Below are positions 11,278 through 21,015 of a stretch of 32,000 bases of DNA, piece after piece. Below the pieces are notes generated by a model. It was not told where the DNA came from, did no database searches, and saw only the letters and a list, made by a program, of their open reading frames with translations. This stretch comes from Bacillus subtilis subsp. subtilis str. 168 (GTDB lineage Bacteria > Bacillota > Bacilli > Bacillales > Bacillaceae): the NCBI RefSeq assembly GCF_000009045.1, contig NC_000964.3, forward strand, positions 1,680,001 through 1,712,000, written 5' to 3'. The position numbers and the translations under genes were made by a program. Position 1 is the stretch's first letter. Every line of letters starts with the position of its first letter.

Positions 11278-11667
11278 TTGAGCTTATTTTCTGGAACGAT
11301 ACAAAATCTTGAAAATGCCTTGAGCAGAGCGGATATTAAGCAAAAAGTCATAACTAATAATATCGCCAATATAGATACACCGAACTATAAGGCAAAAAAA
11401 GTCTCTTTCCAAAATTTATTAGATCAAGAATCCTCGCGTCTTGAAGCGATAAAAACAGACTATCGTCATGTTGATTTTTCTGATACTGATTCGAATTATT
11501 CAATTGTTGCGAGCGGAGATACATCGTATCAGCAAAACGGAAACAATGTTGATGTTGACAAAGAGATGACAGAATTGGCGCAAAATCAAATCAACTATCA
11601 AGCTTTGGTTGAAAGAATGAACGGTAAATTTAATTCGCTGAAGACCGTATTAACAGGAGGAAAATGA
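11278..11667 (+). CDS. flgB: Flagellar basal-body rod protein FlgB
   Basis: (M)SLFSGTIQNLENALSRADIKQKVITNNIANIDTPNYKAK. TTG 11278 sits 9 nt after GGAGG; an alternative GTG at 11272 has only 3 nt spacing. Confidence 0.93.
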   Translation: MSLFSGTIQNLENALSRADIKQKVITNNIANIDTPNYKAKKVSFQNLLDQESSRLEAIKTDYRHVDFSDTDSNYSIVASGDTSYQQNGNNVDVDKEMTELAQNQINYQALVERMNGKFNSLKTVLTGGK

Positions 11668-12119
11668 TGACAGCTTTTCATAGCTTAAATGTTTCAGCAT
11701 CGGCTTTAACAGCTCAGCGAGTCAGAATGGACGTTGTATCATCTAACTTAGCAAATATGGATACGACAAGAGCTAAGCAGGTGAATGGAGAGTGGGTGCC
11801 TTACAGAAGAAAAATGGTTTCCCTTCAGTCAAAAGGTGAATCGTTCTCTTCCATTCTCAATTCTCAAATGAGCGGAAGCGGGAATGCTGGAAACGGTGTG
11901 AAGGTTTCAAAAATTACGGAGGATGATTCGGATTTTAATCTTGTCTATGATCCGACAGACCCTGATGCAAACGCTGAAGGATATGTACAAAAGCCTAATG
12001 TTGATCCATTAAAGGAAATGGTTGATCTTGTCAGCAGCACTAGATCATACGAGGCGAATGTCACGGCGATGAATGCCACAAAGGGAATGCTGATGAAGGC
12101 GTTAGAAATCGGAAAGTAG
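11667..12119 (+). CDS. flgC: Flagellar basal-body rod protein FlgC
   Basis: MTAFHSLNVSASALTAQRVRMDVVSSNLANMDTT. Tandem ATGATG at 11664/11667. Confidence 0.95.
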   Translation: MTAFHSLNVSASALTAQRVRMDVVSSNLANMDTTRAKQVNGEWVPYRRKMVSLQSKGESFSSILNSQMSGSGNAGNGVKVSKITEDDSDFNLVYDPTDPDANAEGYVQKPNVDPLKEMVDLVSSTRSYEANVTAMNATKGMLMKALEIGK

Positions 12120-12129
12120 GTGAATGAAT

Positions 12130-12450
12130 GTGATTAATGCAATTTCTCCTTTTCAGGTTCAAAATACTCAAAACACTCAAAATGCAACAAATCAAGTAAA
12201 CAATAGCCAAAAAACAGATTCTTCAAATCAAACAAGCTTTTCGGAGCTTTTAAAAAACTCTATTAGTTCGTTAAATGAGTCCCAAGTAGCTTCTGACAAC
12301 ATGACTAATGCCTTGGCTGCAGGAAAAGATGTAAATCTTGATGAGGTCATGATCGCTGCTCAAAAAGCTAGCATCTCTCTAACTGCAGCAACAGAGTTCC
12401 GCAATAAAGCTGTGGAAGCTTATCAGGAGATTATGAGAATGCAAATGTAG
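12130..12450 (+). CDS. fliE: Flagellar hook-basal body complex protein FliE
   Basis: INAISPFQVQNT...FSELLKNSISSLNESQ...; GTG 12130 preferred by SD spacing; alternative ATG at 12124. Confidence 0.92.
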   Translation: MINAISPFQVQNTQNTQNATNQVNNSQKTDSSNQTSFSELLKNSISSLNESQVASDNMTNALAAGKDVNLDEVMIAAQKASISLTAATEFRNKAVEAYQEIMRMQM

Positions 12451-12495
12451 GGGGTCTGACGATTTAGAGAAAGAGTGGAATGACCGGGGGTTAAC

Positions 12496-14106
12496 ATGAA
12501 TCGTACTCTAATGCAAATGAAAAACAAAACGAGTGAGTTTTGGAAAAATAGATCTAAATTACAAAAGATTTTAATGGTTAGTGCTTTAGCGGCAATTATT
12601 ATTATTGGAATTATTATTAGTGTTTTTGCTTCAAATTCTAAAATGGCGCCGCTGTACAAAGATTTGTCTGCCGAAGAAGCAGGACAAATCAAAGAAGAAT
12701 TGGATGCAAAAAAAGTGCCAAACGAACTTTCGAATGGCGGTACAGTGATTAGTGTTCCGGAGGATCAGGTTGATTCTTTGAAAGTGCAGATGGCTGCAGA
12801 AGGACTTCCTAAAACGGGATCAATTGATTATTCGTTTTTTGGACAGAATGCCGGCTTTGGTTTGACAGACAATGAGTTTGATATGGTGAAAGTGAAAGCT
12901 ACACAGACAGAACTGTCAAACTTGATCAATGAAATGGACGGTATTAAAAATTCAAAAGTAATGATTAATCTCCCGAAAGACGCTGTGTTTGTCGGTGAAG
13001 AGCAATCTGCAGCATCTGCATCAATCGTTTTGCAGATTCAACCGGGTTATACACTTGATCAAAGCCAAATCAACGGATTATATCATCTGGTATCTAAAAG
13101 CGTGCCAAACCTAAAAGAAGATAACATCGTCATCATGGACCAAAATTCTACATACTACGACAAATCAGACAGCGATGCAGGGTCCTACGCGGATAGTTAT
13201 TCTTCTCAGCAAGGAATTAAGTCTCAAGTTGAAAAAGACATTCAAAAACATGTACAGTCACTGCTGGGTACGATGATGGGCCAAGATAAAGTCGTTGTCT
13301 CCGTTACAGCAGACATTGATTTCACAAAAGAAAATCGGACAGAAGACATTGTCGAACCTGTGGATAAAGAAAACATGGAAGGCATTGCAGTCAGCGCTGA
13401 AAAGGTATCTGAAACATATCAGGGCGACGGTGCAGCCAACGGCGGAACTGCCGGAACCGGCGAGGAAGATGTTACAAATTATAAGGCTGACGGTGAAAAT
13501 ACCGAAAGCGGGAACTACGAAAAAAACAGCAACAAAATCAATTACGAGGTTAACCGAATTCATAAAGAAATCGCTGAAAGTCCTTATAAGGTCAGAGATT
13601 TAGGGATTCAAGTAATGGTAGAGCCGCCTGATGCCAAAAACACTGCGTCGCTATCAACTGAAAGACAGGATGATATACAAAAAATCCTTTCAACTGTAGT
13701 CAGAACATCTTTGGATAAAGATGAAACGCAAAATCAGAATTTATCTGATGCTGATATCAATAATAAGATTGTTGTTTCCGTTCAGCCATTCGACGGAAAA
13801 GTCAATTTGGATACAAATACGGAAGAATCCTCAGGTATCCCGCTGTGGGCATATATTGTAGGCGGTGTTTTAATCGCAGCGATCATTGTTCTGATCATTA
13901 TGCTTATCAGAAAGAAACGGGCGCAAGAGGATGAATTTGAGGAATATGAGTATGAGGTTCCTCAAGAACCAATCAATTTGCCTGATATCAACGAAGAGGA
14001 AAATGAAACAGCGGAATCAGTCAGACGAAAACAGCTTGAAAAGATGGCGAAAGACAAGCCGGAAGATTTTGCAAAACTGCTGAGAAGCTGGCTGGCCGAG
14101 GATTAG
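12496..14106 (+). CDS. fliF: Flagellar MS-ring protein FliF
   Basis: N-terminal TM, YscJ-like domain (MVKVKATQTELSNLINEMDGIKNSKVMINLP), C-terminal TM, then the FliG-binding tail. Confidence 0.96.
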   Translation: MNRTLMQMKNKTSEFWKNRSKLQKILMVSALAAIIIIGIIISVFASNSKMAPLYKDLSAEEAGQIKEELDAKKVPNELSNGGTVISVPEDQVDSLKVQMAAEGLPKTGSIDYSFFGQNAGFGLTDNEFDMVKVKATQTELSNLINEMDGIKNSKVMINLPKDAVFVGEEQSAASASIVLQIQPGYTLDQSQINGLYHLVSKSVPNLKEDNIVIMDQNSTYYDKSDSDAGSYADSYSSQQGIKSQVEKDIQKHVQSLLGTMMGQDKVVVSVTADIDFTKENRTEDIVEPVDKENMEGIAVSAEKVSETYQGDGAANGGTAGTGEEDVTNYKADGENTESGNYEKNSNKINYEVNRIHKEIAESPYKVRDLGIQVMVEPPDAKNTASLSTERQDDIQKILSTVVRTSLDKDETQNQNLSDADINNKIVVSVQPFDGKVNLDTNTEESSGIPLWAYIVGGVLIAAIIVLIIMLIRKKRAQEDEFEEYEYEVPQEPINLPDINEEENETAESVRRKQLEKMAKDKPEDFAKLLRSWLAED

Positions 14107-14118
14107 GAGGAATTAGAA

Positions 14119-15135
14119 ATGGCGAGACGTGATCAAGATAAGCTTACAGGAAAACAAAAAGCAGCCATTCTCATGATTTCCTTGGGGTTAGATGTGTCAG
14201 CTTCTGTCTATAAGCACTTAACCGATGAAGAAATTGAAAGGCTTACTCTGGAAATATCAGGTGTTCGAAGCGTCGATCATCAAAAAAAGGATGAAATCAT
14301 AGAAGAATTTCATAATATAGCCATTGCGCAAGATTATATTTCTCAAGGCGGTTTAAGCTATGCAAGACAAGTTCTGGAAAAGGCGCTTGGAGAGGATAAG
14401 GCGGAGAACATTCTAAACAGGCTGACTTCTTCTTTGCAGGTTAAACCATTTGATTTTGCCAGAAAAGCGGAGCCAGAACAAATTTTGAATTTTATCCAGC
14501 AAGAGCATCCGCAGACGATGGCGTTAATCTTGTCTTATTTAGATCCAGTGCAGGCCGGGCAAATTTTATCCGAGCTGAACCCTGAAGTGCAGGCTGAGGT
14601 TGCGAGAAGAATCGCGGTCATGGATAGAACGTCTCCAGAAATAATTAACGAGGTAGAACGGATTCTGGAACAAAAATTATCTTCTGCATTTACTCAGGAT
14701 TATACACAAACAGGCGGAATTGAAGCTGTTGTGGAAGTGTTAAACGGGGTAGACAGAGGGACAGAGAAGACGATCTTGGATTCATTGGAAATTCAGGATC
14801 CCGATCTTGCTGAAGAGATTAAAAAGCGGATGTTTGTCTTCGAAGATATTGTCACACTTGATAACCGTGCAATTCAGAGAGTCATTCGCGATGTTGAGAA
14901 CGACGATTTGCTCCTTTCATTAAAGGTTGCAAGCGAGGAAGTCAAAGAAATTGTGTTCAACAATATGTCACAGCGTATGGTTGAAACCTTCAAAGAAGAA
15001 ATGGAGTTTATGGGCCCTGTACGTTTGAAAGATGTAGAAGAAGCTCAATCAAGAATTGTAAGCATCGTCAGAAAGCTTGAAGAAGCCGGTGAAATTGTAA
15101 TAGCAAGAGGCGGAGGGGATGATATTATTGTCTAA
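14119..15135 (+). CDS. fliG: Flagellar motor switch protein FliG
   Basis: KLTGKQKAAILMISLGLD..., EHPQTMALILSYLDPVQAGQILSELNPEVQAEVARRIAVMD, C-terminal charged motor domain. Confidence 0.97.
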   Translation: MARRDQDKLTGKQKAAILMISLGLDVSASVYKHLTDEEIERLTLEISGVRSVDHQKKDEIIEEFHNIAIAQDYISQGGLSYARQVLEKALGEDKAENILNRLTSSLQVKPFDFARKAEPEQILNFIQQEHPQTMALILSYLDPVQAGQILSELNPEVQAEVARRIAVMDRTSPEIINEVERILEQKLSSAFTQDYTQTGGIEAVVEVLNGVDRGTEKTILDSLEIQDPDLAEEIKKRMFVFEDIVTLDNRAIQRVIRDVENDDLLLSLKVASEEVKEIVFNNMSQRMVETFKEEMEFMGPVRLKDVEEAQSRIVSIVRKLEEAGEIVIARGGGDDIIV

Positions 15136-15880
15136 TATCATTAAACAAGAATCATCTATTTCTCCACAAAAGGAAAAAAGAAAACTTTCTATACAAGAGG
15201 TGCGTATTGATCATTCTCACCTTTTGCAGGCTGAAGAGAACCCGGAGGCGCTTATGGCCCGAGTGAAAGAGGAAGCTGACCGGATTTCTGAGCAGGCAAA
15301 CAGTCATATAGAAAATATTCGCCGTCAAATTGAACAGGAGAAAAACGATTGGGCGGCTGAAAAACAGAAGCTTATTGAAGAAGCAAAAGCCGAGGGCTTT
15401 GAACAAGGAGTAGCGCTGGGCAAAGCTGAGGCAATGAAACAGTATGCAGAACTGATCGGCCAAGCAAACAGTATAACTGAAATGTCCAGAAAAGCTGTTG
15501 AGGACAAGCTTGAAGACGCTAATGAAGAAATCGTTGAGCTTGCCGTTGCCCTAGCAAAAAAAGTTTGGCAGCAAAAGTCTGATGATAAAGAGGCTTTCCT
15601 CCTGCTTGTACAACAGGTTATAAACGAAGTGAAGGAATATGACGATATATCAATTTATGTTGATCCATATTACTATGAGACAATCTTTCAGCAAAAAGAT
15701 GAAATCCAGCAGCTTCTTTATAAAGAATGTCGGCTTGGCATATATGCTGATGAAAAAGCTCAAAAAGGAACCTGTTATATTGAAACTCCTTTTGGCAGGG
15801 TAGATGCGAGTGTTGACACACAATTGATGCAATTGAAAGATAAACTTCTGACAGCGCTGGAAGCAGGTGCAGCTGAATGA
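15128..15880 (+). CDS. fliH: Flagellar assembly protein FliH
   Basis: FliH-like coiled coil and C-domain (EEIVELAVALAKKVWQQKSDD, RVDASVDTQLMQLKDKLLTAL). TTG 15128 preferred over ATG 15119, which abuts the SD ggaggggATG. Confidence 0.85.
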   Translation: MSNIIKQESSISPQKEKRKLSIQEVRIDHSHLLQAEENPEALMARVKEEADRISEQANSHIENIRRQIEQEKNDWAAEKQKLIEEAKAEGFEQGVALGKAEAMKQYAELIGQANSITEMSRKAVEDKLEDANEEIVELAVALAKKVWQQKSDDKEAFLLLVQQVINEVKEYDDISIYVDPYYYETIFQQKDEIQQLLYKECRLGIYADEKAQKGTCYIETPFGRVDASVDTQLMQLKDKLLTALEAGAAE

Positions 15881-17193
15881 AGACACAGAGTCTGATAGAT
15901 TGTATAGAAATGACAGACTCGTATAAACGGTACGGAAAAGTCAAGCGGGTAATCGGCTTGATGATTGAATCAAAAGGGCCAGCAAGCTCAATTGGTGACC
16001 TGTGCCTGATTTATGCAAAAGGACAGTCTGGGAAAGTCATTAAAGCTGAGGTAGTCGGCTTCCAGGAAGAAAATATTTTGCTTATGCCTTATTTAGAGGC
16101 TGCGAGCATTGCACCTGGCAGCATTGTAGAAGCTACTGGGGAATCACTTCGGGTTAAAGTTGGGACCGGACTGATCGGACAAGTCATCGATGCTTTTGGA
16201 GAACCGCTTGACGGAAAGCTTCTGCCGAAAGGGCTTTCGCCTGTATCAACGGAGCAATCACCGCCTAACCCGATGAAACGGCCGCCTATCCGTGAAAAGA
16301 TGGGTGTTGGAGTCAGATCAATTGACAGCTTGCTGACAGTCGGTAAAGGCCAGCGGATTGGAATTTTTGCAGGAAGCGGTGTCGGAAAAAGCACCTTAAT
16401 GGGGATGATCGCCAAGCAGACAGAGGCTGACTTAAACGTCATTGCACTTGTCGGAGAACGCGGACGAGAGGTTCGGGAGTTTATTGAAAAAGATCTGGGG
16501 AAAGAGGGGCTGAAACGATCGATTGTAGTCGTTGCCACCTCAGACCAGCCAGCATTAATGAGATTGAAAGCGGCATATACAGCGACTGCAATTGCCGAGT
16601 ATTTCCGAGATAAAGGCCAAAATGTCATGTTTATGATGGATTCTGTTACAAGGGTGGCAATGGCGCAGCGAGAGATTGGACTGGCTGCAGGAGAGCCTCC
16701 GACGACAAAAGGCTATACACCTTCAGTGTTCGCTATTTTACCTCGTTTACTAGAACGAACAGGTGCAAACGAGCATGGAACCATTACGGCATTTTATACA
16801 GTGTTGGTAGATGGGGATGACATGAATGAGCCGATTGCCGATACCGTACGCGGAATTTTAGACGGGCATATTGTGTTGGACAGGGCGCTTGCCAATAAAG
16901 GCCAGTTTCCTGCAGTTAACGTACTAAAAAGCATCAGCAGGGTGATGTCAAACATTTCAACAAAACAGCATCTGGATGCGGCAAATAAATTCCGTGAACT
17001 TTTATCGACATATCAAAATTCGGAAGATCTCATTAATATCGGAGCTTACAAAAGAGGATCATCCAGAGAAATTGATGAAGCGATACAATTTTATCCGCAG
17101 CTTATTCAATTTTTAAAGCAGGGAACAGACGAACCGGCTTTATTGGAAGAAAGCATTGCTGCATTAACTAGTTTGACAGGAAATGAGGAATAA
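15877..17193 (+). CDS. fliI: Flagellar export ATPase FliI
   Basis: Walker A GIFAGSGVGKSTLMGMIAKQT; GERGREVREF; VMFMMDSVTRVAMAQREIGLAAGEPPTTKGY. ATGA overlap with fliH. Confidence 0.97.
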   Translation: MKTQSLIDCIEMTDSYKRYGKVKRVIGLMIESKGPASSIGDLCLIYAKGQSGKVIKAEVVGFQEENILLMPYLEAASIAPGSIVEATGESLRVKVGTGLIGQVIDAFGEPLDGKLLPKGLSPVSTEQSPPNPMKRPPIREKMGVGVRSIDSLLTVGKGQRIGIFAGSGVGKSTLMGMIAKQTEADLNVIALVGERGREVREFIEKDLGKEGLKRSIVVVATSDQPALMRLKAAYTATAIAEYFRDKGQNVMFMMDSVTRVAMAQREIGLAAGEPPTTKGYTPSVFAILPRLLERTGANEHGTITAFYTVLVDGDDMNEPIADTVRGILDGHIVLDRALANKGQFPAVNVLKSISRVMSNISTKQHLDAANKFRELLSTYQNSEDLINIGAYKRGSSREIDEAIQFYPQLIQFLKQGTDEPALLEESIAALTSLTGNEE

Positions 17194-17195
17194 AC

Positions 17196-17639
17196 GTGGC
17201 TTATCAATTTAGATTCCAAAAGCTGCTGGAACTAAAAGAAAATGAAAAAGACCAATCCTTATCCGAATATCAGCAATCAGTTTCTGAATTTGAAAACGTT
17301 GCTGAAAAATTATATGAGAATATGAGCAAAAAGGAATTGCTGGAACAAAATAAGGAAAAGAAATTAAAAAGCGGCATGAGTGTACAAGAAATGAGGCACT
17401 ACCAACAATTTGTCTCAAATCTTGATAATACGATCTATCACTATCAAAAGCTTGTCATTATGAAAAGAAATCAAATGAATCAAAAACAAGAAATTTTGAC
17501 AGAGAAAAACATTGAAGTGAAAAAGTTTGAAAAAATGCGTGAAAAACAGTTTAAAATGTTTGCTCTTGAAGATAAAGCTGCAGAAATGAAAGAAATGGAC
17601 GATATTTCGATTAAGCAGTTTATGATTCAAGGCCATTAG
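17196..17639 (+). CDS. fliJ: Flagellar export chaperone FliJ
   Basis: Small, highly charged coiled-coil protein in the fliI-fliJ position; GTG start. Confidence 0.9.
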   Translation: MAYQFRFQKLLELKENEKDQSLSEYQQSVSEFENVAEKLYENMSKKELLEQNKEKKLKSGMSVQEMRHYQQFVSNLDNTIYHYQKLVIMKRNQMNQKQEILTEKNIEVKKFEKMREKQFKMFALEDKAAEMKEMDDISIKQFMIQGH

Positions 17640-17650
17640 GAGCGAATGTA

Positions 17651-18265
17651 ATGTCCGGCAAAAAGAAAGAATCAGGTAAGTTCCGTTCGGTTTTGCTTAT
17701 CATTATCCTCCCGCTGATGTTTCTATTAATCGCAGGGGGGATTGTTCTTTGGGCTGCTGGTATCAATGTCTTAAAGCCGATACAGGATGCTGCGGCAAAA
17801 ACGCCGGTTCTTAAAGAATTGGTCCCTGAAACCGAAAATAAAAAAGGCGCAGCATCAAGTAAGGATAGCAGTAATACGGCAGCTCTGGAAAAGACCATTA
17901 AGGATCAAAAAAGTGAAATCAGTATATTGAATAAAGATTTAGAAACAAGTAAATCAGAAATCGACAGGCTCAATCAAAAGATCCGTTCACTTGAAAAGAC
18001 GGCTGAGGATCAAAAAAAGTCATCAGAAGATCATACTGAAGGATCAGCAGACTCGAAAGCTTCTTCTGAAAATGACAAAGTGATCAGTGTGTACAAAAGC
18101 ATGGACAGCGGAAAGGCTGCTAAAATTATTGCCCAATTAAAGGAGCAAGAAGCACTGAAAATATTGAATGGCCTAAGCAAAAAGCAGCTTGCTGACATAT
18201 TGGCGAAAATGACTCCTGAGCAAGCAGCAACCTATACAGAAAAAATTGCTGCCAGCCAAGAATAG
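17651..18265 (+). CDS. ylxF: YlxF, membrane-anchored coiled-coil protein with a MotE/MgtE_N-like C-terminus
   Basis: N-terminal TM (SVLLIIILPLMFLLIAGGIVLWAAG), coiled coil, C-terminal DKVISVYKSMDSGKAAKIIAQLKEQEALKILNGLSKKQLADILAKMTPEQAATYTEKIA. Confidence 0.9.
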   Translation: MSGKKKESGKFRSVLLIIILPLMFLLIAGGIVLWAAGINVLKPIQDAAAKTPVLKELVPETENKKGAASSKDSSNTAALEKTIKDQKSEISILNKDLETSKSEIDRLNQKIRSLEKTAEDQKKSSEDHTEGSADSKASSENDKVISVYKSMDSGKAAKIIAQLKEQEALKILNGLSKKQLADILAKMTPEQAATYTEKIAASQE

Positions 18266-18277
18266 GGGGAATGAAAG

Positions 18278-19741
18278 GTGAAGCTGCTTGAATTAGCCGG
18301 ACCTTTGCTGCAAACCACAACGGGTTCTGCCGCTAAAAACATGAAAAGTAGCCAGGGAGTTTTTCAAAACTGGCTTATGTCTGAGGCTGGATTGAAGGAA
18401 CTTTCAGAACAAGGAAAGGGAACTCCTAATTCTGAAGATCAGCTTTTAGCAGATGCGCTTAAAAAGATCGGTGAATGGCTAAATGCAAGTCCTGAAGATC
18501 AAGACAAACAAAATGCGGATCTTTTGCAAACATTAAGCAAACTGACAGGGAAGCAATTGGATGCGAATGCTCTGCAAATGTTGCAAAATCTTTTGCAAGC
18601 AGTTGAATCAAAAATGTCAGGCGGGACGGATCAATTGCTCACAGAAACGGAGAAAATCTTTTCAGAAGCTAAAACGGCTCTGAGTGCCAATGATTCTGCT
18701 TCTGACATTAATGGAGCACTGAAGTCTGATAAAGAGCAATCAAATCAGGAAAATGAAGTATCCGAGCCTGCAAAAGAGCTTATCTATATCCAGATGTTCA
18801 TTAGCCAGCTCGTAGAAGGGAATAAGCTGACTGATCTCGGGAATGGCAATGAAGCTCATGCCATTTACCAAAATGGAGATCAATTCCTTTCTGCATTAGA
18901 AAAGAAGGGTGTATCTCAACAACTAATTCAGGATCTTAAACAGCAAATATTCACTAAAGCTGAGTCAAGTTCAAAACTTTACTCGATGACAGCGTCAGAG
19001 CTGAAAAGTTTTCAAAGCTTAATGGATCAAATGTCTATGCTTCCTCAAAAAGGGACCAAAGAATGGAGTTTAGCTGAAAGCCAGCTGAAAGCCTTCTTGT
19101 TATCGAAATCATCCGAATCATCACAAGACTTTGGGAAGAGTGTTCTCACACCGCTCTCGCAGAGTTCATCCAGCAAAAATGCATCGGATGTTTCTGGAAG
19201 TATTCAGCCTGTAGATAGTAAATCAGGACTCCAAATGCTGTTTTCGGGGTATCGGGGCATAGGAGGAGTTCAAACACTTGATCTGCAGCAGATGTCATCT
19301 GATATACCAAATGCCGAAACAAAAACGGTGGCTGATCAAGTGATTAATGCGTGGAAGCAGATGAAATATACGCCTTTCGGCAGATCGACGGGAAGTTTCA
19401 CTATTCGGCTGAACCCTGAACATTTAGGATTTGTCACAATCAAGCTGACAAATGAAAATGGAATGTTTCAGAGTAAAATCATAGCATCTAGCCAATCAGC
19501 AAAAGAATTGCTTGAACAGCATCTTCCTCAGCTGAAGCAATCATTGCCGAATATGGCCGTCCAAATTGACCGTTTTACTCTTCCGGTCCAAAGCGGGGAT
19601 CAGCCGATATACGGCCAGCTTGCTGATGAACAGAAACAGCAGCAAGAGGGGCAGAGACAGCAAAGACAGAAAAAGCAATCAAATGATTTTGGCGATCTGC
19701 TCGATGAAGTGTCGATGGTTGAAATGGAGGAAGAAGAATGA
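18278..19741 (+). CDS. fliK: Flagellar hook-length control protein FliK
   Basis: Low-complexity Gln/Ser-rich N-terminal part; Flg_hook-type C-terminal domain STGSFTIRLNPEHLGFVTIKLTNENGMFQSKIIASSQSAKELLEQHLPQLKQSL. GTG start. Confidence 0.93.
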   Translation: MKLLELAGPLLQTTTGSAAKNMKSSQGVFQNWLMSEAGLKELSEQGKGTPNSEDQLLADALKKIGEWLNASPEDQDKQNADLLQTLSKLTGKQLDANALQMLQNLLQAVESKMSGGTDQLLTETEKIFSEAKTALSANDSASDINGALKSDKEQSNQENEVSEPAKELIYIQMFISQLVEGNKLTDLGNGNEAHAIYQNGDQFLSALEKKGVSQQLIQDLKQQIFTKAESSSKLYSMTASELKSFQSLMDQMSMLPQKGTKEWSLAESQLKAFLLSKSSESSQDFGKSVLTPLSQSSSSKNASDVSGSIQPVDSKSGLQMLFSGYRGIGGVQTLDLQQMSSDIPNAETKTVADQVINAWKQMKYTPFGRSTGSFTIRLNPEHLGFVTIKLTNENGMFQSKIIASSQSAKELLEQHLPQLKQSLPNMAVQIDRFTLPVQSGDQPIYGQLADEQKQQQEGQRQQRQKKQSNDFGDLLDEVSMVEMEEEE

Positions 19742-20160
19742 CTTCTATAAGTTCAGAATATAAACTGCCTGAAAAAACGAACACTGTGTCGACGAACAAC
19801 AGCAGCTTGGGGAAAGACGAGTTTTTAAAAATATTAATGACTCAAGTTCAAAACCAAGATCCGCTTAACCCGATTGACGATAAAGAATTTATCAGCCAGA
19901 TGGCGACTTTTTCAAGCTTGGAGCAAATGATGAATCTGAATACGACAATGACTCAATTCGTTGAAAACCAAGATCCGTTTACAACGTATGTTGATTGGAT
20001 GGGAAAAGAAGTATCTTGGACTGATGGTAAAAGTGCAACAGATAAAACAGGCACAGTAAGCTCTGTTAAACATTTTAAAGGAAATTATTATCTCGTTCTT
20101 GATGATGGGACCGAGATCAGTCCTGCGAATGTCATGTCTGTGGGACAATCATCTAAATAA
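19738..20160 (+). CDS. flgD: Flagellar hook assembly (scaffold) protein FlgD
   Basis: LGKDEFLKILMTQVQNQDPLNPIDDKEFISQMATFSSLEQMMNLN. Overlaps the fliK stop. Confidence 0.94.
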   Translation: MTSISSEYKLPEKTNTVSTNNSSLGKDEFLKILMTQVQNQDPLNPIDDKEFISQMATFSSLEQMMNLNTTMTQFVENQDPFTTYVDWMGKEVSWTDGKSATDKTGTVSSVKHFKGNYYLVLDDGTEISPANVMSVGQSSK

Positions 20161-20181
20161 AAACATCTGGGGGAATATATT

Positions 20182-20976
20182 ATGTTACGTTCACTTTATT
20201 CTGGAATCAGCGGTATGAAAAACTTTCAAACAAAGCTTGACGTAATCGGTAACAACATTGCCAACGTAAATACAGTAGGATTCAAAAAGAGCCGTGTGAC
20301 CTTTAAAGATATGGTAAGCCAAACGATTGCCGGCGGTTCTGCTGCTGGTGCAACAATCGGCGGAACAAACTCTAAGCAAATCGGTTTAGGTTCATCATCT
20401 GGCACAATTGATACAATTCATTCAACAAGCGCGACACAAAGCACAGGAAGAACACTTGATTTAGCAATTGACGGCGACGGTTACTTCCGAATTGATACAG
20501 GTGACGGGACAGCTTATACAAGAGCAGGGAACTTCTATTTAGATAATACTGGAACACTGGTTACAGGTGATGGCTACCATGTACTAAATATGAATGGCGG
20601 AACAATTAAAATTCCTACTGATGCTCAAAGCTTTAGCATTGGTTCTGATGGAAAGGTGTCAATTGTTGATGCTGAGGGGAAAACACAAGACGGGGGACAA
20701 ATCGGGATTGTTACTTTTGCCAACAGTGATGGATTGGATAAAATCGGAAGCAACCTATACCGTGAATCTTTAAACTCTGGAACGGCCAGTGCAGCGAACC
20801 AGCCTGGTGACGGCGGAACTGGTGCTCTTAAATCAGGATTTCTCGAAATGTCTAACGTCGATTTAACTGACGAATTTACTGAAATGATCGTAGCCCAGCG
20901 CGGATTCCAATCAAACTCAAAAATTATTACAACATCTGATGAAATCCTTCAAGAACTGGTTAACCTTAAACGTTAA
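20182..20976 (+). CDS. flgE: Flagellar hook protein FlgE (historically annotated flgG in B. subtilis)
   Basis: MLRSLYSGISGMKNFQTKLDVIGNNIANVNTVGFKKSRVTF...; C-terminal NVDLTDEFTEMIVAQRGFQSNSKIITTSDEILQELVNLKR. Confidence 0.94.
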   Translation: MLRSLYSGISGMKNFQTKLDVIGNNIANVNTVGFKKSRVTFKDMVSQTIAGGSAAGATIGGTNSKQIGLGSSSGTIDTIHSTSATQSTGRTLDLAIDGDGYFRIDTGDGTAYTRAGNFYLDNTGTLVTGDGYHVLNMNGGTIKIPTDAQSFSIGSDGKVSIVDAEGKTQDGGQIGIVTFANSDGLDKIGSNLYRESLNSGTASAANQPGDGGTGALKSGFLEMSNVDLTDEFTEMIVAQRGFQSNSKIITTSDEILQELVNLKR

Positions 20977-20983
20977 GGAGGGA

Positions 20984-21007
20984 GGGGAGGCGAGTAATCG
21001 CTTCTCC
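20984..21007 (+). promoter_or_regulatory. Stem-loop in the flgE-swrD intergenic region, between the SD and the swrD AUG
   Basis: GGGGAGGCGA-gtaa-TCGCTTCTCC, 10-bp stem with two G-U pairs. The upstream SD is AAGGAGG (20975-20981). Confidence 0.6.
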
Positions 21008-21015
21008 GCTGTTTT

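Noticed and set aside
13295-13603. Plus-strand 102-aa ORF inside fliF
   Set aside because: An alternative reading frame of fliF; no SD or domain.
16089-16628. Minus-strand ORF of 179 aa antisense to fliI
   Set aside because: Low-complexity Ser/Pro/Ile-rich translation typical of a shadow ORF, with no SD or family motif. The + strand has a clear FliI.
19588-19610. Exact sigma-D -10 octamer GCCGATAT (19603-19610) near the 3' end of fliK, upstream of flgD
   Set aside because: The sequence 15 nt upstream is CGGT, not TAAA-like, and the octamer lies in coding sequence (QPIYGQ). One chance match is expected at about this scale. 5' end mapping could revisit it.
18278-19741. Q/S-rich low-complexity stretches in fliK as a possible repeat or recent insertion
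   Set aside because: Variable, low-complexity N-terminal regions are normal for FliK ruler proteins. I see no true tandem repeat unit.
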